Both the position numbers and the translations under genes were made by a program. Below the pieces are notes generated by a model. That model did no database searches and was not told where the DNA came from. It worked only from the letters and a program-made list of their open reading frames with translations. This document shows positions 14,901 through 26,500 of a stretch of DNA of 64,000 bases, piece by piece. Each line of letters opens with the position of its first letter. The stretch's first letter is position 1. Origin of the DNA: Dimorphilus gyrociliatus (taxonomy: Eukaryota; Animalia; Annelida); NCBI GenBank assembly GCA_904063045.1, contig CAJFCJ010000025.1, forward strand, positions 1,023,955 to 1,087,954, read 5' to 3'.

Positions 14901-17900
14901 AGCTCATCGAACTTGTTCACATTTTGAATTTACTTGTTCCAATGGCCACTGCATCAACAACACTTACACTTGCGATGGATACGACAACTGTGGCGACTTT
15001 TCAGATGAACTAGTCTGCGGTATAACACCTCCTTCATTCCTATTATTCATTTAATCTATTCCATTTCTTTCCTCTCCTCTTCCTATAGAAACGGAATGCA
15101 AGAGATCTTTGCAAGAACAATGGTATATAGGGACGAGAAATGTTTCGCAAACTGGCAAAAAGTGTCTCTACTGGAGGAACATGTCAAACTCTTTCAAGAT
15201 TCCCTATCGTTTCCCGGATGAAAGTCTGCAAAGTGCGGAGAATTATTGCAGAAATCCAACGAATAGAACGTTTGGTCCTTGGTGTTACGTTGATAAAGAG
15301 AGTGAAATGTGGGAATACTGCAATATCCCTAAATGTTCAGGTTTGTAGAATCAATAAGTTGAATAATAAAGAAAGTAAAGGAAAGTTGCAATCAGTTTTC
15401 CAAAGTTGTCAGTCGAACGAATTTCAATGCGCGAATGGAATGTGCATTGATAAAAAACACTTGTGCGACGGAGTAAACGACTGCAACGATAGATCGGACG
15501 AAATGGAGATTTGTGGATCGGCGTACAACATCTCGTGTGATTTCAGTGATCGTTATATGTGTGGCTACACAGACGATAGTCCTAATTGGAACTACAGATT
15601 TCAAAGGAAAGGTTCTTTTGATGGTTCAGTGCAATCAGTAATTCGGCTTTTAACTACAAAATGGGACGAGTGTTTTCATGAGGATACGGCTGGAATTGAT
15701 TATGAAGGAAATGTTCAGATTCGAAGTGATGGAATCACTTGTCAGAAATGGAATGTGCAATTTCCTACTGCGCACGCTTTTTATATGAATGAGTTTTTCC
15801 CTGAAAAAAGTGTAGCCAAAGCTGAAAATTATTGCAGGTAATAAATTGTTTTCTCATGCAATGAAAGTGTAAAAATGTCTTTTCTTCTCAGAAATCCAGC
15901 TGTCTATGTTCCTGGAAAGAAGTATTCTCTTGCTCCACATTGCTTGTCGTCCGATCCAGAGATTTCCTATTATAGATATTGCTCTATTCCATTATGCAAA
16001 AGTAGTTTAAATGTTTTCACAGAATTTCTGATCTGTTTACAAAATTCATGCAATTAGATACATTTATAAAGACAAAACCATCGACTGAACAAGGCCAAAT
16101 AGCCAAATTCAACAGTCCTAAAAGTCAAGGCTTTGGAGACTCATGTATCCAATTCGCTTACATGTTGATTGGAGATGACGCCGGATCTCTAAAATTAATG
16201 TGCAGCTAATTTTTGTATCCTTATCTTCCCTATTTTTTTCAGAGTTAAATCTGTTTTTTGAATTGTTAAACAGGTTGAATACTAACAGCACCACTCGTTT
16301 GTTGTGGTTTACGGAGGGTAAGAAGGCGTCAACTTGGATTGAGGCGTCTGTTGATTTCACATCGAATGACGAATTCTATTTGACTTTCCAAAGCGAATCT
16401 GGATTGAAAAGTCCAGGCGTCGCGTTGAAATACGTGAATATCCGACGAGGTTTCTGCCATATTCAAAGTAATCATCATTGAATGATTTTGCCAAAGAGCA
16501 CAATTTATTCTATAATGAAAATATTGTTTGCAGACGATTGCGTAGGAAAATTTTCATGCAAATCTGATTCGAAATGTATAGAATTATCAAAAGTTTGCGA
16601 CCATCTTGTTGATTGTATTGACGAATCTGATGAAGTTTCGTGTAGTAAGTTTCCGTCCACTTTATCTTCAAGCTTGAGAATTTGACTTTTTATTTGCGAA
16701 TTTTCTATTCAGAATGTTTGGATGACGAATACAAATGTAGGAATGGAAAATGTGTCAGTCGTAATAAATTACTCGATGGCATAAATGATTGTTATGATAA
16801 CTCGGATGAAGATCATTCAAACCTCGATAGTCTAATTAGGGAAAAGAAAAATTGGAAGAATATAAAAGTGTTTGAAAAGAACAGCAATTTTCTAATTAAT
16901 CAAACCATGTTTGCGGAAAAGGATTGGGAGCCAAAGATAAATGGAGCTCACTTTGTCAGATTTCTCACTGAAATGAGTCATCAAAGATCTGACTTAATAT
17001 CAGAGTTTGTTATAATTTTTTCTATTGTTTGTCCTTTTCATTAGAGTTGCGTTTTGTTTTTGCAGTTGCGATTGGAGAGGAAGCCCGTGCAAGTACCAAA
17101 ATGTTAAAATATTAGATAGATTTACGGATCATGGTCAATGCTTTTCGTTCAGTCGGAAAGGAGATAATGATACTCTTCTCGTTACAGAATCAGGTTGACT
17201 TTGGTCCCTTCAAAATTTTCTTTCAAGATCTTTTTTGGTCGATTGTTTTAGAATTAAATTTTAACTGAGTTGTGTTTCAGGTGCTCAAGCCGGACTGAGA
17301 TTGACTTTGAATATCGAATCGTACGAATACATGATTGGTCCTCACACCAATAAAGGAATTAAAGTATTGTCGTCCAAATCTTCTGTTATTCTTCTGATGT
17401 ATCTACGTTTCCTGTTTCTTTTCAGGTTTACTTGCACGATGCAAATGAAACACCGAGAATAAATCATTTAGGATTCTCGTTAGCTCCTGGCTTTCACCAT
17501 TCTATTGCCATAAAGAATACGAAGGTTTCACATAGTTTTATCTGTCTAATGCCACGTATGATAACGTTGCTTGTTTGTTTCGCTACAGGTTTTCAATCTG
17601 GAAAAGCCGTGGGGAAATTGTGGAAGAAGTGAATTAACACATTTTGCAGACTACTCTCCGAATAAATGTAACATCGATTGTTCTATTAAAGATACATTAA
17701 ATAAGTGCAACTGTTTAGCTCCGTATATGAAAAGTGTAGCGAGTGAGTTTTTAGAGAATTTTGTTTGATTTAACACTTGAAGATTGTTTTTTTATTATCA
17801 AAAAGCCGATAATTTTTGTGGATTTGACGAATATTTTAACTGCATCCTTGTCGAACGTAAGCTATTGTGCTTTTTCTTTTCTTAGATATATTTTTATAAT

Positions 17901-19801
17901 CACTTTTAATAGCGGATGATCTTAGCGCTCCATTGAATGAATCCTGTAAATGCCAGCAAGCGTGTTATCAAAACATCTTTGAGGTTGGTTTTATACTTAA
18001 TTTGTGCCTTTCATATACTTTGACTAACTAATGATTGATATTAGCCAGTTATTTCGTCATCGGCGCTTTCGGAGCTAAGTGCCGAAAAGATATTACGGTT
18101 TGAAAATGAGTCTTTACGAAGAGAGTATGAACATGCTCTCGACGTAAGGGCTCGGTCTAGAATTAAGGACTATTCGGAGGAAGTTATAATCTTCTTCAAT
18201 TTGTCGAGTACTTTTGAGAATCTACAGGACTTTCTTATAAAAAATATTCCTTTATTTGAACCGAATGGAATTTCCTCTAAAATCAGCACAGGAACAGAAT
18301 TTATAATGAATATTGCTAATAAAGACATTGAAGTTTTTAACAAATGCCTGAATTCAACGCTAGAAGAATTTCAATCTAAAGTTTTAAAGAAAGTAGACAA
18401 AATTAAAAATGTTTTTCAACTGTTAAAAAATCAAATTCACTTATTTTCCTATTTGGAAACGATTCACGACGTTCATTTAAACATCGTAAAGAACTTGTTA
18501 AAAGAGTTCATAAGTCAATTAGATGATCTTCGACCGAGTGACAATTCTACTGCTTTTCAAACAACGATTCGAATATTACCACTCTGTTTAGCTAACACAG
18601 AGAGTATTCAGTTATATCTTTTAAATTTAACCGATAATCTCTTAAATAATACAATAAGAGCTAGTCTCTCTGAGGATCTTTTCGACGAAGTGAAAGACTA
18701 TCTAGACTGCTTTGAAAATATTTCAAGAATTATCGTCGACTCTAGAGACGCTCTTAATTTTGACCAAGCGTTTAATGAATATTTTGACGAAAGAAAGAAT
18801 ATGTTTAACGCAATTGGTATATCCAGTTTTGATGAAATAATTGAACAGGAGAAAGCACTGTTTTTGGAAATTATCCATTTATATCTTTCCGGTCAGAGCA
18901 TCATTAAGCTCTCTCGAAAATATCCAACAGATTTATTTGAAAAATCAAAGTTAACGGTTGATTCGTTTTCCGGAGCCGTAAGATATAAATTCACAGAAAT
19001 ATATAAAGTTAACATTGGACATTTAAAAAGTGAATTGTTAAAACGATACTCTAAAACTATAGAAATCGCTAAGACCCTGAAAGATATTTTAGGAGAAGAT
19101 AAGATTAGAGAAATAATAAATTCCTTTTCAATTTGGAAGAGATATTCATTATCTCTATTAAATAAAAAGGTCACTTTTACCAGGACCAGAGATAACACTC
19201 CTATTCAAACCGAAGATTTTAAAGTTATTGGTGAGGTGATAAAAGATAATGTAGGCCTATATTTAACGCCTATTACGAATAGTCTGAACCATTTTCAAGA
19301 GTTGGTAGACGGCTATATAGTGAGGTTGAAAATGTCGTTGGACGACGTTCTGGACATGTTTCACAGATATAAAAAAAAGGCCGAGTTGGGTTCGGATTTC
19401 GTTAAGGAAAATTTCCTCATCGTCGACGTTTTCTTTGGCGAATTAAGCTATTCGAAAATCACGCAGAGAAGGGCATTTAACATCGAAGAACTCTTAGGTA
19501 ATCTCTCTTTATATTATCACTTATACTGATAACTCTCTCTTCATTTCACTTCCATGTTTCAGGCAACGTTGGAGGTTTTATGGGTCTTTTATTAGGAGCC
19601 AGCGTTTTAACCGTCTTTGAGCTATTGGATTTGTTAATATATAACATTTTCGTAAAACTTTCAATATCTAAACAAGAGGAGAAGAGCGCGGAAAATTTTC
19701 CTAATCCATCAATGGAAAAGAGACATTCTCAGAATTATGTCACAAATTTCAATAAAGAATATACTAAAGATGGCGGATTCACATCTTTAAATAGATTTTA
19801 A
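8957..19801 (+). CDS. DEG/ENaC channel subunit with PAN/MAM/kringle/LDLa ectodomain array, paralog B (complete, multi-exon)
   Basis: Exon 1 (8957-9066) encodes [26 protein letters not shown], with the HG gating motif, and splices in frame to 9750 (TM1, then [13 protein letters not shown]). By manual reading this is followed by 1 PAN, 6 MAM, 4 kringle and 7 LDLa modules, then the channel core, a large exon (18045-19497) and TM2 with GAS. Rough size estimate is about 2,500 aa. Confidence 0.92.
9844..11325 (+). repeat. Near-identical tract B=C (copy at about 21072-22555)
   Basis: Offset 11228-11230; covers PAN, MAM1 and kringle 1, including introns. Confidence 0.95.
10121..10370 (+). other. PAN/Apple-like domain exon of paralog B (copy at about 21349-21600 in paralog C)
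   Basis: Cys pattern CKYTC..CNS..YY....TCLL followed by VDYYSR matches the PAN/Apple consensus from memory. Confidence 0.7.
13467..14209 (+). repeat. Near-identical tract B=C (copy at about 24967-25709); also shared with A from 13713
   Basis: Offset 11500; introns are identical. Confidence 0.95.
14755..15713 (+). repeat. Three-way near-identical tract (A about 1542-2500, C about 26263-27221)
   Basis: Offset to C is 11508; the match ends abruptly inside kringle 4 (GNVQIRSDG vs GNVQKTVNG). Confidence 0.95.
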
Positions 19802-20567
19802 CAGTTGAAATGAATAAGTATTCCATGACTTTGCTGCTCAAAATTAGAATTAAAAAACACTCACTCCTTTCACCTTTCCATCTTGCTTTGAATTCAATTA
19901 TGAAGATAAATAAGACTATTAAATGTATTATAAAGTTTCTATACGTGACATGTAAAATATAACAATATACTAATAAATTAAATAAAGGTGTTATTTCTAA
20001 TGTTTGATAAATGTTTTTCCAATTTCGGAATGGTTTTAGTTGATAAAATATTCATAAAATATTGTTGAATGTCACTTTGATCTTAAGTGAAAAATGTTAC
20101 AAAACGGTTTCCATGTTTGTTATCTTCGTACTCGAGTCAATTTTTACCGTTCAGTCCAAATGAAACAATCAACAATATTATTGTTAGTTCTGTTTATAGC
20201 TATCAACTCAACCGTAGATGTAGGTTCAATTGTACGAAAATCCTGGAAGGAGTTGTTCAGATAGGAGAGGGAAGATAAAAAGGGTTAAAGACTTTTGGAC
20301 AGCAGTTGGAAAATTGTGCGAAAGAGGCTACGGTCTATGCGAATCACGTAATAGGAAAGAAATATTTACATAAATATATTATAATACTTGCTCATATTCC
20401 ATTCGACATATTGCATAGAATGAATGATTAATTCATAATGTAATTTCCTTCAAGCTTATTTGTCCGCCATAATTAAATGACATAGACCTACCTCTTCCTA
20501 TGATCTTTTGCCACTGTCCTCTTCCTACCGTGAAAAAACACATAAAACAATAAACTTTTCAATAAGA

Positions 20568-23500
20568 ATGATTGAAAAGAAATTGAATTGGACAAGTTTA
20601 TTCTACGGATTTTCACAAGATACAACTTTTCACGGCGTTAAATATATTACTAAATCTAGTAAATTTCTATTAAGAAGGTAAGCATTTTCTTTAACATATA
20701 TATTCTCTTTCAGAGATCGTTACCTTTTCTACATAGATCTGTTCAATAAAAATGATCAACCAATAATCTCCAATAATATATAGTATACATATTGTTCTTT
20801 CCACAGCCTGAATGCATCGGTCAACATCGCGTAGATGCGCAATTCTATATCAATATCAATTATAGATAAAACAAAACATTGCTACTATAACCATAAACTA
20901 ATTAATTTATTGTTTACAACTTTCCCTATAAAACTAGACCCTAAAATAATTTCTTTTATCTCTTCTACTTTTTACAGAGTCGTTTGGGCAATTCTTGTTC
21001 TAGTCTTGTCAACATTCTTCTCTTACATCATTATCATCAGATTTATGGATTATTTCAATTATCCTAAAGCTGTTGATGTCGAAGTTTTGTATACTAAACA
21101 ACTCGAATATCCAGTTATTACACTCTGCAATCAAAACGTCTACAGAGCATCAGCAACTGTAGAAACGGGCGTCTTCGACGCTTTTGAATCATATTTTACT
21201 AAAACTACACAAAACAAAGGTACGCCTCTAGTTGTACCTATTCATATTAATAATTATTAATTATTAATCCTATCTGCCTAATTATCTTTATGATTTTTAT
21301 GTAAATTTCTCTCTGTAACTTACCAATTCCAATATTTCTTCACTTAGATACAGAGTGTCAAGATGGTTTTCAAGTGCTTCTCAATAGCGTCCTAATTCAC
21401 CCTAGTAGCGTCTTCATTTCGGAAATTCACGTAAATGTAACGCCTGGTGTTTGCAAATATACTTGTCTCAATTTGGCTTCGATTTCCTGCAATTCACTTT
21501 TATACTATCGATCAAATTTGACGTGTCTCTTACTTCAATCAAGTCATAAAACCCCAAATACTCTTTTACAAAATTTCCAAGGCGTCGATTACTACTCAAG
21601 GTCAAGACGCGACAGTCAGTTTACAATTACACCTTCTTCTTTACCTTTCCACTATTATTCCTTTAATTCTCCTTCATTAATCTATTCAATGTGACACGTT
21701 TCAGGCAAAGAGAGCTTTTGCTCTTTCGATTTAGACTTTTGCAACTTTCATCAAGTCAAATTTGACGATATCGACTGGCAGAGAAGAAAACTTGGCAATA
21801 TTCAAACTCTTTCCGGACCGGACAACGATCATACAACCGGATCCGGATATTTTCTCTTTTTGGAGGGGGGCAAAGAGCAAATGGGACGTTTAATTTCGTC
21901 TTGGCATTCGGCGAAAACTTGGAAGACGAGCTGCGTTACTTTCTATTACTTCATGTATGGATCATCGGTTAATAAATTACAGTTTTACGTTGTTGACCCT
22001 GACAACTATAGTTATAAACTTTGGGAAAAATCCGGATGTCAAGGCAAAAGATGGTCAGTTGAACGAAACGGAAACGTCAATGCAAAAGTATTGCCTAAAC
22101 CATTGTGTTTTCTTTAACAGGCGAAAAGCGAGTGTCAGTGTAAACCTTGAATTGTTCCAAATTCGGTTCGATGGCTACACCGGAAGAGCAGATCGCCACG
22201 TTATTGCTGTCGATGACGTGTCTATCAAGCAATGCGATAGAGGTAACGATGGAATATCGATTCAAAACTGCTCTATTCTATTCATAATTATGATTTTCAG
22301 AGTCGCAAGATTGCAGAAATGATAAAACGGGAGATTTATACAGAGGAAATCAATCATTTAGTATAAATAATAGACGTTGTTTATACTGGAATGATGTTCA
22401 TTCTGTCGAGTTGTTGTTCTTTGAGGACGAAACAATTCGGCAGACTAAAAACTTTTGTAGGAATCCTGGAGGTAGAAAATCCGAACCTTGGTGTTTCGTA
22501 CAACGAAACCCTCTTCTTTGGGAATATTGTAATATTCCTTTATGCGGTTCGTAAGCAAATGAATAGTTTCATTAAAACAGAATGTGTCTTTTAAATTATT
22601 ATCTTATTTTGTTAGACTCAAAGGAAAAGGTAAAGATTGAAATTGAAGGTAAAAGAAGATGAATATATCGATTCATATTGGATGATATTTGTTTTGCTGT
22701 TTAAATTTAGAATCGTCGGTTGACTGTAATTTTGAAAAGAGTTCTATTTGTGGTTATGATAAAAGTTCTAACACAAATGATTTCATGTGGACTCTAAGGA
22801 ATGGAAGTTCAACCCATGATCACCTTGGCCCAACAATGGATAAGACATTTTACAGTCCATTAAAGGGTAAGCATAACCATTTTTTAATGACAACATTACG
22901 AGATTAAAGACTATAGACAATTGAATAGGAAATTTCATGATGGTTGATAGTAGATATGCCGTTGAGAATTCAATAAGTTGGTTAGAGTCACCACCCGTAC
23001 TGTTGAAAGTTTCGTGCTGTTTGAAATTTTACTTTTGCAAGAGAGGACAGATAAACTTACGATTGTTTTTAATCAAAGATAATAATATACGTACTCCTCT
23101 AGATGAAATTATTGAAACAGCAAACTCCTGGAAATTGAAAACAGTAAATATTAACAAGTGGAAAAGAAGCTTGTTGATGTTTGTTAGAGTTTTATTCGAA
23201 GCGGAACATAAATTTGGATTTGATAGTACAATTGCAATAGATGAAATAGAGCTGCAAAGAAGAAATTGTCGTTTGGAAGGTAGATTAACAGAGAGAGAAC
23301 TGTAGATTTCAAGTCAGTTTATCTAAAATGAGGCAGCCGATAAGGACAAAGGAATTATTTAGAATTTTTTAGTCTTTTTACTACTATTCACTTTTTGTTA
23401 TGTTTTAATTGACACATTTATTAATAGCTTTGAAAAGACTAGCCTTGTTTAGGTGAGCTGAACTGAAATCTCTTTAAACCCTATACTTTTATTACTGTAC

Positions 23501-26500
23501 ACCCTATAAATTTTATACAACTTCTTTGTAGAAGTCTCATTTACATACTTGATTCTTTCAAATACAAAATACTTGCAGAATGTAAAACAGACGAATTTAA
23601 ATGCAGTAATGGTAGATGTATCGACGGTAAAAAAGTTTGTAACGGCAATAACGACTGCTTCGACTATAGTGATGAAGAATTGCCTTGTTGTGAGTAGTTC
23701 TACTGGCAAAGTATTTGACCCAGATTTATTAATCATTAATTATTAAAGAATTAATATCTAACTACGTATGTTAAGTAACAAGCCGTTGTTCGTGTCTTTT
23801 TTTAGTCCTCCTCTTTGACGTCATGATCCTATATAGATTTTCTTTAATTATTCCCAATATCTTAAAGATTATTATTAATTTAGGCTTTTTCATCTCTTTT
23901 CTCAATTAAAATTAATGACTACTCCCCTTAACATATGCTCTTTCACTCTCCATAGCAACATTTCAATGCAACTTTACTGGAAAAACTTCTTGCAGTTACG
24001 TAATGGAGCATATTCTTCATTATTACAAATGGGAAAAGACTAATGAATCAAATTGTTCGATTTTTACATGAACAAGTTTTCCATACACTTGATTACATAG
24101 AGAATTTTTCTTTAATTGCAGTCGGCTTTATGAAAGTATTCTCCTATGGTCCTAAAGTTACTTCTTATGCAATTCTGAGGTCGCCTTCCATTAATACAAG
24201 CTCCGAAAGTTGTGCCGTTTTTTCGACATTACTGAATTCTTCAGTTTCGGCTGCTTTAAACATCTATGCTGATTTGGAAAAAGGGCCAACAAAAATTTTA
24301 GCTACTATTTCAAAATCACCTAATAAATATATAACAAAAAATATCGTTCCTTTACCGCCAAATGTTCAAATGAGTTTATCATTCGAGTCTCGTATGGATA
24401 CTTTTGGACACGAAGCTTATGTTGGAAATATCTCACTTGATCGAAATTGTTCTACTTATGAAACCGAAATTAATGTTAATTGCACGTTTGAATCGGAAAT
24501 TCTCTGCGGTTTTATAATTGAATACGAAAAACACGGATATTCTTGGTATAGAACCAACAGCAGTTCATCCATATTCAATGGTCCACTAACCGACCATACG
24601 TTTCAAAATTCTAGTGAGAACACAATATCAACATCTTTCAGTTTTTCATAAGATTCGGAATTCTACTATTAAACCTTTCATTCCAACAGGTAGTGGAAAT
24701 TTTATAATCACGAGAGGGTTGGTGGGCGTTAAAGGCAATAGAGCAAGAATAAGCTCGCCTAACTTTAAACCACAATCATCCATTTCCTGCTTATCTTATT
24801 ACTATCATATGTTCGGTAGCTTAATCGGAAGACTCCAAGTCATCCTTCGACTTGAAGGTTTCTTTACTAATCCCTAAAAGGTTATTTAAATTTTCTAATC
24901 GCTATTCCATTTTTCTTACAGAAAAACTTACTATTCACGTATTCAAACATGAATTTAACCATGGCAATGTATGGCTCCACAACGAAATTCTTATTCGTAA
25001 TCAACAAAATGTAGAAATGAAAGTGATCTTTGAAAGTATTCGCGGTTTTGATAGAAGTAATAAAATGGCATTGGATGATATTTCTTTCTATAATGGATTT
25101 TGTCAAACTCTTCAAGGTTTCCTCCAATCCTTTTTTCATTCTTACACAACAAAATCACTTTATATTCATGCAGCTCAATGCCTCAATTCGAGCTTTCAAT
25201 GCCAAAATGGCCAATGTATTGACAAGAGTCTGGTTTGCAACGGAGAAAGCGAATGTTTCGACGGAAGTGACGAAAGCAATTGTTCCGATTGCCTACACGA
25301 CATTCAAGGCAGATTCTACACAGGAAAACTTTCAACAACCGAATCTGGAAAGAGATGCATGAGTTGGAAAGAGGCTGTTGGCGAAACGCAAACCACCATC
25401 TCAGTAGAGACGGGAGAGACGAGTTTGACAGAAATGACAAACTATTGCAGAAACGTTAACGGAAAGAAATCTCCTTGGTGTTACGTATCAAAAGAAAGAT
25501 GGGAATTCTGCAGCATTTCCAATTGCGGTACAAAGATTAATATTCCAATTCAAAAAATATCTCTTTCGCTTGAAACGAAAGAAACAATAAACTGTAAATA
25601 TTTGCAGAATGCCGAGAAAATCAATACAGATGCAACAATTCGGCATGTATTTCTTCAAAACAAAGATGCAATGGAATATCGGAATGTCCTCTTAAAGACG
25701 ACGAAGAATTTTGTAGTATGTATTTAGTTATCGTAAAAAATTTTAACTTAAAATACTATAGTATAGCAATGTTATTGCAGATTCTTCAATAACATGTAAC
25801 TTTGAAGAGGATAACATATGTGGATATACTATTTTAATATCTAATAACAATTATCAGTGGATTCGTACAAATACTCCGACACCCTCCCAAGGTACTGGAC
25901 CTGATCATGATCATACTTATGGCAATAGAACAGGTATTACAAATTACTTGAAGTCTGTATTGTTAACACCAGTTCCATTCGGGTTGCATAGGTTTTTACC
26001 TTTATGTGGAATCTACTCAAGAAGGGCCACCTTTGAAATTCGGTGATGAAACCTTTCTCTTTTCTCCTATCGTCAAGCCAGTAAAAAATCATTGTTTACA
26101 ATTCTTTTATCATATCTTCGGCTTGGATATTAACAAACTAAATGTTTATATGAAAGTAAACAACCTTTACAAGTCGCTAGCAAAATTCAATAAATCAACT
26201 CAGTTGCCGAATTGGTTTATGGCTGAATATTTCATTCGACCTAACATTGAACAAATAGTTTTCCATTATATTAGAGGAGTTGATTTCAGAAATGACCCTG
26301 GTATTGATGATGTTCTCCTATATCCTGGAAATTGTAAAAGTAACCAACATTAACATTCACAACATTCTCTTTATTTCATACTGATTTTAATGCCAAAACA
26401 TTCCGTTCAGCTCATCGAACTTGTTCACATTTTGAATTTACTTGTTCCAATGGCCACTGCATCAACAACACTTACACTTGCGATGGATACGACAACTGTG

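Noticed and set aside
500-19647. A and B as one locus assembled twice
   Set aside because: They differ strongly in the thumb, the first part of the knuckle insert, the C-terminal tail and MAM4, and carry SNPs within shared tracts; long reads are still needed to exclude local misassembly.
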